DNA of 64,000 bases, taken from NCBI GenBank assembly GCA_913043225.1, contig CAJWLU010000008.1, positions 76,909 to 140,908 of the forward strand, read 5' to 3'. The notes under the pieces are model-generated. The model did not search any database. It saw only the letters and a program-made list of their open reading frames with translations, and had not been told where the DNA came from. Shown here piece by piece: positions 27,260 to 35,674 of this stretch. A program made the translations under genes and the position numbers. This DNA comes from an uncultured Acidobacteriota bacterium (GTDB lineage Bacteria; Acidobacteriota; Vicinamibacteria; Vicinamibacterales; UBA8438). Position 1 is the stretch's first letter; every line of letters begins with the position of its first letter.

Positions 27260-29722
27260 ATGAGCGATATGGCGAGATTCCACCGAGCGGGGTTGGCGGC
27301 CGTGTGCCTGCTGGGTATGACAACGGCGGCGACCTCAGGCCAGCCCCTGGAAGACGATGTCGGACCGCTCGTGCGCGAGTCCTGCGTCCGCTGTCACGGT
27401 GTGCGCACGGTAACTCCCCTCAATCTGGTCGACCTCGGCTATGACCTGTCCGATCGTGAGACCTTCAGGACCTGGGAGAAGGTTTATGAACGGCTCGAGC
27501 GGGGCGAGATGCCACCGTCAACGGCTCCCCGGCCCAAAGCCGCGTCTGTTGAATCGGCTCTTGGCGCCCTTCGGCAGGCTCTCTCCGAGGCGAGCTTGGT
27601 TGCCCGAGGCGAGCAGCGGGGGGCACTGCGCCGGCTGACCAGGCTTGAGTATGCCAACACCGTGTCCGATTTGCTTGGCGTTGACCCTGAGATAGGTACC
27701 GAGCTGTCTCTGACCCTGCCGGCTGAGGCCGATTCGGGCGGTTTCGATACCGTCGCCGCTAACCAGAGCATGTCGCCGCTCCATGTCCGGAGCTATCTGG
27801 CCGCGGCCGACGAGGTGCTGGACGTCGCACTTGTCACCGGACCGCCCCCGCCGGTCGAGCGCTACGAGATCGACTACGCGACCTCCGAGCGTCTGTATCG
27901 CCATAGCCAGAGGATCGGCCTTGGCGCGGGCATGGCAAGACAACTCGACGACGCCTACGTGGCGTTCTTCGACTATGCGGCGACCTACACGTTCCACAGC
28001 GAGGCTGAGGGCGTCTCCATCCCCTATCCCGGCCGCTACCGCGTCAGCGTCGAGGCATATCGCTATCAGGCCGAGACCCCGGTGGCGCTGAAGATCTACC
28101 GGGGGCTGAAGGCCGGGGTTGCCTCCACGCTCAACGACTTGATCGGCTGGTTCGACCTCACCGACGACGAGACCGTTACGGTCGAAGTCATGCCCTTCCT
28201 CCGCCCCGGACATCTCATCGGGGTGGCCCCGGACGACGCGGACGGCGATGACGACCCAGCTCTGGCCTTCGAGGATCGGTCGCAGGGCTATCGGGAGGTT
28301 CTGAAGACCTACGAGGGTGAAGGCATTGCCTTCAAGACGATGACCATCGAGGGGCCGTTGCTTGAGAGCTGGCCTCCTCGGAGCACGCGCGACCTGCTGC
28401 CCGGCGTCGGGTTCGATCACGACGGCTACGTTCAGTTTGCGAAGGCGCCGTTCGAGCACGTGGTCGACGCTGTGGCGGCGTTCGCACCGCGCGCGTTCCG
28501 CCGTCCGGTCGACGTCGACGAGGTGATGACGTATGCCTCGCTGGCGCGCCCGGTTCTCGAGGCCGGGCGGCCGTTCATCGAGGCGGTGCGGGTGCCGCTG
28601 CGCGCGATCCTAAGCGCGCCGTCGTTCCTTTATTTGAGTGGTGAGTCGGCCTCACCACACCTCGACGATGTCGAGCTGGCAACGCGGTTGTCGTACTTCC
28701 TGTGGCGGAGTCACCCTGACAGCGAGCTGTCCGAGCTCGCGGTCGACGGACGGCTGCAAGACCCGGCGGTGCTGGTCGGTCAGGTCGACCGCTTGCTGAA
28801 CGACCCGCGTTCACGGCGTTTTGTTAATGATTTTCTCGGGCAGGCGTTCCGGCTCTACGAGATGACGGCCACGAATCCGGATCCGGGACTGTATCCGGAG
28901 TTTGACGATCGGCTCGGGCAGGCGATGGTGGCCGAGACGCAGTTGTTTCTGGCCGAATTGATCGCCGAGGATCTCAGCGCGGCCAACCTGATCGACGCCG
29001 ACTTTACCTTTGTGAACCGTCCGTTGGCCGAGCACTACGGGCTGCCTGGGATCTTGGGCACGGAGATGCGGAAGGTGCCGCTGCCGGCGGACAGTCCTCG
29101 CGGCGGCTTGCTCAGTCAGTCGAGCGTACTCAAGATCACGGCCAACGGTACGAACACGTCTCCGATCCCGCGCGGGAACTTCGTGCTGGAGAACCTCCTC
29201 GGTCGACCAGCGCCGCCCCCGCCGGCCGAGGTGGGCGCGCTCGAGCCGGATACCCGGGGAACCATCACCATTCGCGAGCAACTTGACGCGCACCGGAAGA
29301 GCCCAACCTGCGCTAACTGTCATCGGGTCATTGACCCGCCAGGGTTCGCCCTGGAATCGTTCGACCCGATCGGCGGGTTCCGCGCTAGTTACCGGATCTC
29401 TGGTGGTCAGAAGGAGTTTGGGTCGTTCATTATCCGGAACCCGTATCTCGAGGGCCCATCGGTCGACTCGAGCGGGGTGACTCCAGATGGGATGTCATTC
29501 AGTGGGTTCGTGGACTACAAGCAGCATCTGCTCGACCGTGAGCTCGACGCGGTGGCTCGTCACCTGGTGTCGCAGCTCATTGTCTTTTCGACCGGGGCCG
29601 ACACTGCGTTCGCCGACCGAGTTTGGATCGACGCCATCGTGGATGCGGAGCGAGAGGCCGGATACCCAGTCCGTTCATTGATCCACCGGATCGTGGCGAG
29701 CGATCTGTTCCGCCAGAGGTAG
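27260..29722 (+). CDS. DUF1592-type di-heme exported protein, paralog D
   Basis: CVRCH, RLSYFLW, CANCH; same framework as A-C. Confidence 0.92.
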   Translation: MSDMARFHRAGLAAVCLLGMTTAATSGQPLEDDVGPLVRESCVRCHGVRTVTPLNLVDLGYDLSDRETFRTWEKVYERLERGEMPPSTAPRPKAASVESALGALRQALSEASLVARGEQRGALRRLTRLEYANTVSDLLGVDPEIGTELSLTLPAEADSGGFDTVAANQSMSPLHVRSYLAAADEVLDVALVTGPPPPVERYEIDYATSERLYRHSQRIGLGAGMARQLDDAYVAFFDYAATYTFHSEAEGVSIPYPGRYRVSVEAYRYQAETPVALKIYRGLKAGVASTLNDLIGWFDLTDDETVTVEVMPFLRPGHLIGVAPDDADGDDDPALAFEDRSQGYREVLKTYEGEGIAFKTMTIEGPLLESWPPRSTRDLLPGVGFDHDGYVQFAKAPFEHVVDAVAAFAPRAFRRPVDVDEVMTYASLARPVLEAGRPFIEAVRVPLRAILSAPSFLYLSGESASPHLDDVELATRLSYFLWRSHPDSELSELAVDGRLQDPAVLVGQVDRLLNDPRSRRFVNDFLGQAFRLYEMTATNPDPGLYPEFDDRLGQAMVAETQLFLAELIAEDLSAANLIDADFTFVNRPLAEHYGLPGILGTEMRKVPLPADSPRGGLLSQSSVLKITANGTNTSPIPRGNFVLENLLGRPAPPPPAEVGALEPDTRGTITIREQLDAHRKSPTCANCHRVIDPPGFALESFDPIGGFRASYRISGGQKEFGSFIIRNPYLEGPSVDSSGVTPDGMSFSGFVDYKQHLLDRELDAVARHLVSQLIVFSTGADTAFADRVWIDAIVDAEREAGYPVRSLIHRIVASDLFRQR

Positions 29723-30535
29723 ATGCACTCGATGTTCAGACAGTCCGTTATCGGCCTGGCTTTCCTGGCCCTGGCGACACCGGCCGCGGCTCAGGACGAG
29801 GGATCCCCCCACGAAGTCCGTACGACCAAGTTCACCATCACCAACGTCGACGCCAGCAAGAGCTTCTACGAGGACCTCATTGGGCTGAAAGAGGTGAACC
29901 GGTTCGAGACCACTGGCTTGGTCGAGCCGTTCATGGCGTTCGACGAGCAGGGTGGTCGGATTGGACTGCTGGCGTTCACCGAGCACGAGAACATCGAGAA
30001 GACCCCGCTGCCGGTGTCGGTGGTTAGCGTGTCGGATCTCGATCCGGTGCTGGCCCGCTTCGAGGCGGCGAACCATCCGTACCAGGAGTACTCGGCCGAG
30101 ATGACCGGCAGCGTTCGGCTTGCGATCGCGCGGGACCCAAGCGGTAACGCCATCGAGATAGTCGAGCGGGACGGTCCTGGGCGCGTGTCTGGTGCGCGGC
30201 TCATCGTGGACGACCGGGCCGAAGTGGAGGAGTTCTTCGTCCGGGTCTTCGGTATCGATCCTGGCCGGCGGATCCAGACCGATGGCTTCGACGAGGTGTT
30301 CTTTGACTTCGATGGGGGGATGTATCTGGCACTCTATCAGCCGATGGATGCGGTGAAGGCGGCGTTTCCCAGGAGCGACCAGCCGGTGGTCGCCATCTAC
30401 ACCCGTGACTTCGATGGCGTCCTCGAGCGGGTCAAGGCCGGAGGCCTGCGCGTCCGTGAGTTCGGCACCGGTATGTTCCTGGCCGACGACCCGTCCGGCA
30501 ACGTGGTCGAGGTCGTGCGTCTGGCCATTCAGTAG
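29723..30535 (+). CDS. Exported tandem VOC (glyoxalase/bleomycin-resistance fold) protein 1
   Basis: Signal peptide AAA-Q; SKSFYEDLIGL; two DPSGNxxE motifs. Confidence 0.8.
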   Translation: MHSMFRQSVIGLAFLALATPAAAQDEGSPHEVRTTKFTITNVDASKSFYEDLIGLKEVNRFETTGLVEPFMAFDEQGGRIGLLAFTEHENIEKTPLPVSVVSVSDLDPVLARFEAANHPYQEYSAEMTGSVRLAIARDPSGNAIEIVERDGPGRVSGARLIVDDRAEVEEFFVRVFGIDPGRRIQTDGFDEVFFDFDGGMYLALYQPMDAVKAAFPRSDQPVVAIYTRDFDGVLERVKAGGLRVREFGTGMFLADDPSGNVVEVVRLAIQ

Positions 30536-30544
30536 CAAGGAGAC

Positions 30545-31354
30545 GTGATGAAGTATCGAGACTTCCGGCCTGCCCGGTTGCTGTGCGCGGCGGCTGCATT
30601 TTTGTTGCCGCTGGCGGCCGCGGCACAGACCTCGCCGCACACCGTCACCACGACGAAGTTCACCGTCGAAGACGCGAGCATCGGCAAGAGCTTTTACGAG
30701 GATCTGGTGGGCATGCCCGAGCTGCGTCGCTACGTCGACGAAGGTCGGCTCGTGGAGCCGTTCATGGGCTGGAGCGAGGACGGTCGGATGGGGCTGCTTG
30801 CCTACGCGGTGAAGGAGACGGTCAAGAAGAGCCCGCACCCGGTCTCGGTGGTGCTGCTGCCGGACCTGGATGCCGTCGGAGCCAGGTTCGAGGCGGCGGA
30901 ACAGCCGTTCAACCTGTACGAGCTTGACGGTGGGTTGCGGCTGGCGATCGTGACCGACCCGAGCGGCAACGCCATCGAGCTGGTGGAGGCCGACGGCGAT
31001 CCGTCCGTCGCCGGCGCCAGGCTCATCGTCGACGACCGGGAAGCGGTGGAGGAGTGGTTCATCCAGGTGTTCGACGCTAAGGTGGATAACCGTATCGTGA
31101 CCGCCACTTTCGACGAAGTGTTCCTCAATCTCGGAGAGGGCATGTTCGTGGCGCTCTATGAGCCTCTGGGCGCTGACGCAGGTCCCCAGCCCAAGAGCGA
31201 GCATCCGGTGGTGGCCATCTACTCGACCGAGTACGACGAGGTGCTCGAGCGGATTAAGGCCATCGGCTTGCCCGTGCGGCAGCGCGGCGACCGTGTGCTC
31301 TTCGCCGACGACCCGTCCGGCAACGTGGTCGAGGTCGTTCGCCAGAGCAACTAG
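30545..31354 (+). CDS. Exported tandem VOC protein 2
   Basis: Paralog of 29723..30535; signal peptide; two DPSGNxxE motifs. Confidence 0.8.
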   Translation: MMKYRDFRPARLLCAAAAFLLPLAAAAQTSPHTVTTTKFTVEDASIGKSFYEDLVGMPELRRYVDEGRLVEPFMGWSEDGRMGLLAYAVKETVKKSPHPVSVVLLPDLDAVGARFEAAEQPFNLYELDGGLRLAIVTDPSGNAIELVEADGDPSVAGARLIVDDREAVEEWFIQVFDAKVDNRIVTATFDEVFLNLGEGMFVALYEPLGADAGPQPKSEHPVVAIYSTEYDEVLERIKAIGLPVRQRGDRVLFADDPSGNVVEVVRQSN

Positions 31355-31367
31355 GGGATCAGGCGTT

Positions 31368-32114
31368 GTGGGCCGGCTGAAGAATCAAGTCGCGCTGGTG
31401 ACCGGCGGGAGCCGTGGGATCGGTGCCGCCACGGCACAGATCTTTGCTGCCGAAGGGGCCCGTGTCGTCATCACCCACCGCGACAGCGCCGATGAAGCCA
31501 CCGCGGTGGTCGAAGCACTGCCCGGGGACGGACATCGAGTGATTCAGGCATCGGCGGTCGATTCGGATGCCTTAGCCCGGGCCGCTGCGTCGGTGGCCGA
31601 GACCGAGGGGCGCCTCGACGTGCTGGTGAACAATGCCGCGCGCAGTCGGCCCATCCCGCACGGAGATTTCGACGCGCTCGATGATGAGTTCTTCGATGCC
31701 ATCATGCAGACGAACGTGCGGGGGGTGTTCGCGACCGTGCGCGCCTTCCGATCGCTGCTGGCGTACGACGGTGGCGGCGTGGTGGTGAACGTGTCGTCGC
31801 TGGCGGCGCGGATGGCCGAGGGTAGCAACATCGCCTACAGCGCCTCGAAGGCAGCGCTCGACAACATGACAGTGTCGCTGGCTCGGGCCCTGGCGCCTGA
31901 GATTCGAGTGGTGTCGGTCGCGCCCGGACTCGTGCTGACCAAGTTCACCAGTACTTGGGCGCCTGAAGTGCGACAGCGGCAAATCGATAGAACGCCGCTC
32001 GGTCGGCTGGCCACCCCTGAAGACATCGGGCGGGCCATCCTTGCCGTCGCCACCGATCTCACCGCGACGACCGGCGCCGTGGTCCCGGTCGACGGCGGCC
32101 GGCAGCTGGGCTAG
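31368..32114 (+). CDS. Short-chain dehydrogenase/reductase
   Basis: TGGSRGIG, LVNNA, YSASK, VDGG; start GTG 31368 inferred. Confidence 0.92.
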   Translation: MGRLKNQVALVTGGSRGIGAATAQIFAAEGARVVITHRDSADEATAVVEALPGDGHRVIQASAVDSDALARAAASVAETEGRLDVLVNNAARSRPIPHGDFDALDDEFFDAIMQTNVRGVFATVRAFRSLLAYDGGGVVVNVSSLAARMAEGSNIAYSASKAALDNMTVSLARALAPEIRVVSVAPGLVLTKFTSTWAPEVRQRQIDRTPLGRLATPEDIGRAILAVATDLTATTGAVVPVDGGRQLG

Positions 32115-32458
32115 GCTGCGACTTTTTTGTCCGGCTCCACTCCGGAGGCCGCCGCCTCCGCCCGGAGGCGGCGGTCGATCACGAACGGTCCAAAGGGCAG
32201 CAAGGCGGCCACCATAATCCGGGTGGCCCATTCGACCGAGTGGCCCCGGCGGCGCATGCCGCTCACCACGAGCCACCCGAGCCACATGAACAGCGCACCG
32301 TGGGCCGAACCCACGATGCGAACGGCCAGCGCCATATCGGCGCCGTACTTAAGCGGCATCGCGACAAACACCAGCAGGACAAACGAGAAGCCTTCGATCA
32401 GGGCTACCGATCGCAGGTGCGCGCCTGGTGAGCCGAAATGACGCCGCAGCAACGACAT
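32111..32458 (-). CDS. DUF3817 family small membrane protein
   Basis: EGFSFVLLVFVAMPLKY, GSAHGALF, LLPFGPF. Confidence 0.85.
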   Translation of the reverse strand: MSLLRRHFGSPGAHLRSVALIEGFSFVLLVFVAMPLKYGADMALAVRIVGSAHGALFMWLGWLVVSGMRRRGHSVEWATRIMVAALLPFGPFVIDRRLRAEAAASGVEPDKKVAA

Positions 32459-32462
32459 GGCG

Positions 32463-33470
32463 TCAGCGGGCTTCGCAGTCCCAGCAGAGGATGCCTGGCT
32501 CGTCGGGAGCCTCATCGGGCGTGCCGTCCTGTGCCCGCGCGCCACGCAGGATGTTGGGGACCGCGTAGTTCCCCTCGTGACACGCCACCTCGAACAGTGG
32601 GCCCACGGTCGATCGCAGTGAGATAGCGGCGGTCCAGGGAGCCGTCCAGCGGGTGGGATCGTCTGTGGTGTACTCGTAGCGAATCAGGCCTTCCTCTTCG
32701 AGCGTGAAGCGCTCGGTTAGGGTGCGGATCCCCCTCCCGGCCAGTCCCAGCTGCTGCAGCTGGTGCGAGAAGAGCGTTGACTGCACGACCAGAGTGTCTC
32801 CGTCCCACCGGGCACGCAGGTCGCCGGTTCGTTGCCGGAGGGTGCCGTGTGGCCGGTCCGTAATCGGAGCAATTCGCCAGGTTCTGAACGCTTCCGCATA
32901 GATCGCGAAGTAGTCTTCGGTCAGGAATAGCTGCACCAGGTTGTTGTAGGGCAGGGGACTTAGCGGAAGACCGTGCAGCGCCAGGCAACGGTCGCCCTGG
33001 CCGAGGTCCAGGTAGTCGTCCCACGGGAGGATGGCCCCGAAGCCGCGACGGCGTTCCCCGTCTGCCATCGCCGAGGGGGTTCGGTCCGGATAGCGTCCGT
33101 TCGGCGGATCGATAAGGCGCGAGGTCCGACGGTCAGCCACCACCTTGGTGCCGAACTCGAGACCCCACTGCCACGCATGGCCATTGGCCCCGGCGAGATC
33201 GCCTGCTTCTGCGCGACGTACCGGCGCGTTCAGCGCGTTCGTATCACGGTCGATGGCGGCTTGCTCTAGCGCCGCGGCCTGCTCTTCGGTGAGGTACTCC
33301 TGGTCGGCGTACTGCTCGGGCCGTTGCATCGGCGTGACGCTGCTGTAGTCGTAGAGGCCGTTGAGGTCTGGGGTGCCCCACGGCGTCCGTGGCACCTGAG
33401 CGATGGCCGAGGTGGCGACCAGAGTCAGCAGCGTGACCAGCGCGGCGAACGAGAAATGTCTGACGTGCAT
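32463..33470 (-). CDS. Exported hypothetical protein ('PDLNG...ACHEGNY' family), paralog 1
   Basis: Signal peptide; RTPWGTPDLNG, DRC, PYNN, WDGDTLVV, EVACHEGNY; C-terminal CWDC. Confidence 0.82.
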   Translation of the reverse strand: MHVRHFSFAALVTLLTLVATSAIAQVPRTPWGTPDLNGLYDYSSVTPMQRPEQYADQEYLTEEQAAALEQAAIDRDTNALNAPVRRAEAGDLAGANGHAWQWGLEFGTKVVADRRTSRLIDPPNGRYPDRTPSAMADGERRRGFGAILPWDDYLDLGQGDRCLALHGLPLSPLPYNNLVQLFLTEDYFAIYAEAFRTWRIAPITDRPHGTLRQRTGDLRARWDGDTLVVQSTLFSHQLQQLGLAGRGIRTLTERFTLEEEGLIRYEYTTDDPTRWTAPWTAAISLRSTVGPLFEVACHEGNYAVPNILRGARAQDGTPDEAPDEPGILCWDCEAR

Positions 33471-33718
33471 CTGTGGCTCCTGAGATCGTGCCCGGAAGGG
33501 ACGAATGCTGGATGAACTGTCCACATTATACTCCATGTGAGTGTTTGCTTACCTAAAGAGCGACATCGAATGCCGCCCTATTCACCCGGAATGACGATTA
33601 CGTCGCCCCGCTCAAGCCGAAGCCGTCGACGAAGAAGAAGACGGAGCCAAACGATAGCTGTCTGGAAGGCTCCTGACAGCGACACGACAGTCGGTGTGCG
33701 GCCCCGCCCGACGACGAC

Positions 33719-35674
33719 CTAGGCGACGGTGGCCTGGAACTGTGTTGCGTAGAGTTCCGCATAGGGGCCGCCGGCGGCAAGTAAGGCGTCGTGGGTGCCC
33801 TGTTCGACGATCTGGCCCTCCTGCATCATCAGGATCAGATCGGCGTCCCGGATCGTCGACAACCGGTGCGCGATCACGAAGCTCGTGCGGTCGGAACGGA
33901 GCGCGGCCATCGCCTGTTGCAGCAGCAACTCGGTCCGCGTGTCGACCGAGCTGGTGGCCTCATCCAAGATAAGTAGCGTCGGGTCTACTACGAAGGCCCT
34001 GGCAATCGTGATCAGCTGTCGTTCCCCTGCGCTCAGATTACTTCCGTCTTCGGTGACGACGGTGTCGTAGCGTTCCGGGAGGCGACCGACGAAGCGGTCC
34101 ACAAACGCCGCCTCCGAGGCACGTCGGACTTCCTCGTCGGTCGCGTCGGGTCGACCGTAGGCGATGTTGTTCCGGATGCTGCCCTCGAAGAGCCAGGTGT
34201 CTTGTAACACCATGCCGACCTGCCCGCGAAGCTGGCCACGTGGCATGCTGGCCACGTCGACGCCGTCGAGCGTAATCCGGCCCGTCTGCAACTCGTAGAA
34301 CCGCATGACCAGGTTGACAAGGGTGGTCTTACCCGCGCCGGTCGGGCCGACAATGGCCACGGTTTGGCCCGGTTCGGCGACGAGCGACAGGTCCTCGATG
34401 AGGGGCTGGTCCGGCACATAGCTGAACGTGACCTCCTCGAAGGCGACCCTTCCTCGTCGGCTGTTAGCGGCCAGCGGTGCAGGATTGCTCGCTTCTTCCT
34501 CCGCGTCGAGGAGCTCGAAGACCCGTTCGGCCGAGGCTACCCCGGACTGCAGCAGGTTCATCATCGACGCCAGCTGACTGAGCGGGTGCGTCAGCTGACC
34601 GGCGTAGCTGATGAGTGCCTGCACCGTACCGAGGCTCATCGTGCCGCCCGCCACACGGAGGCCTCCAACCACCGCTAGCGCCAGATACGTCACGCTGCCG
34701 ATGAAGAACATCGTGGGCATAATTAGCCCGGAGATGAACTGGGCACCGAAGCCGGCCGCGAACAGGTCCTGGTTCTCTCGGTCGAAGGCGGCGTTTACCT
34801 CCTGACGGCGGCCGAACACTGTGATCAGGTCGTGGCCGGTGAAGGCCTCTTCGACGCGGGTGGTGAGCGCCCCGGTGCGGCGCCACTGTTCCACGAAGTA
34901 GCGCTGCGAGCGTCTCATGATGAACGCCGTCACCGCCAGACTGATCGGGATACCGATGAGCGCGACGGCGGCCAGGCTAACCGACAGCCACAGCATCATG
35001 CCGATGATGCCCAGCACGGTCAGGAGCGACGTTAATGACTGGCTCATTGTCTGGCTCAGACTCTGGGCCACGTTGTCGATGTCGTTGGTCACCCGGCTGA
35101 GGAGCTCGCCACGTGGCTGTCGATCGAAGTAGGCCAAGGGGAGTCGGTGGATCTTGGCTTCAACTTCGTTGCGGAGCCGGCGTACGCTGGCTTGCACCAC
35201 CTCGTTCAGCAGGTAGCCCTGCAGCCAGCTGAGGAGACCGGACGTTACATAGATGCCGAGCGCCAGCAGTAAAACTACGGCGACCGCGGAGAGGTCGATT
35301 CCCTGGCCGGGCACGAGGTGTTCCATCGCGGCCACCATGTCGGCGGTTGCGCTGCCATCGGCCCGGAGTGACGCGATCGCGTCGTCACGAGTGAGACCGG
35401 TCGGGAACTGCCGGCCAAACACGCCTGCGAACACCAGGTCCGTGGCGCGAGCCAGGATGATGGGCGCCGCTGCCGTCAGCGCCATACTTGCCAGGGCGAG
35501 TCCGACGACTGCGGCCAGCTTCGGCCGCTCTGGACCCAACTGCTGCAGCATCCGCCGAGCCGACGGGACGAAGCGGATCGCCTGCTGCGCGATCATGGCT
35601 GACGGCCCGGGACTGTCGGCCTTTACCCGCTCGGTCTGTTTCAGGCGGCCCGACGATCGCGCGGAGTCGTTCAC
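33719..35674 (-). CDS. Heterodimeric ABC exporter, TMD-NBD subunit 2
   Basis: GTGA overlap with partner; GPTGAGKT, LSAGERQL, LILDEAT, IAHRLST. Confidence 0.93.
   Translation of the reverse strand: MNDSARSSGRLKQTERVKADSPGPSAMIAQQAIRFVPSARRMLQQLGPERPKLAAVVGLALASMALTAAAPIILARATDLVFAGVFGRQFPTGLTRDDAIASLRADGSATADMVAAMEHLVPGQGIDLSAVAVVLLLALGIYVTSGLLSWLQGYLLNEVVQASVRRLRNEVEAKIHRLPLAYFDRQPRGELLSRVTNDIDNVAQSLSQTMSQSLTSLLTVLGIIGMMLWLSVSLAAVALIGIPISLAVTAFIMRRSQRYFVEQWRRTGALTTRVEEAFTGHDLITVFGRRQEVNAAFDRENQDLFAAGFGAQFISGLIMPTMFFIGSVTYLALAVVGGLRVAGGTMSLGTVQALISYAGQLTHPLSQLASMMNLLQSGVASAERVFELLDAEEEASNPAPLAANSRRGRVAFEEVTFSYVPDQPLIEDLSLVAEPGQTVAIVGPTGAGKTTLVNLVMRFYELQTGRITLDGVDVASMPRGQLRGQVGMVLQDTWLFEGSIRNNIAYGRPDATDEEVRRASEAAFVDRFVGRLPERYDTVVTEDGSNLSAGERQLITIARAFVVDPTLLILDEATSSVDTRTELLLQQAMAALRSDRTSFVIAHRLSTIRDADLILMMQEGQIVEQGTHDALLAAGGPYAELYATQFQATVA

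Noticed and set aside
1106..29722. Diversity-generating retroelement or cassette shuffling behind DUF1592 variation
   Set aside because: No reverse transcriptase, template repeat or recombinase is present. Differences include indels and many synonymous changes rather than adenine-specific substitutions.
33537..33718. Possible short ORF or remnant and a weak hairpin between genes
   Set aside because: No recognisable homology in any frame; only a minus-strand TATAAT at 33525-33530 without a -35.
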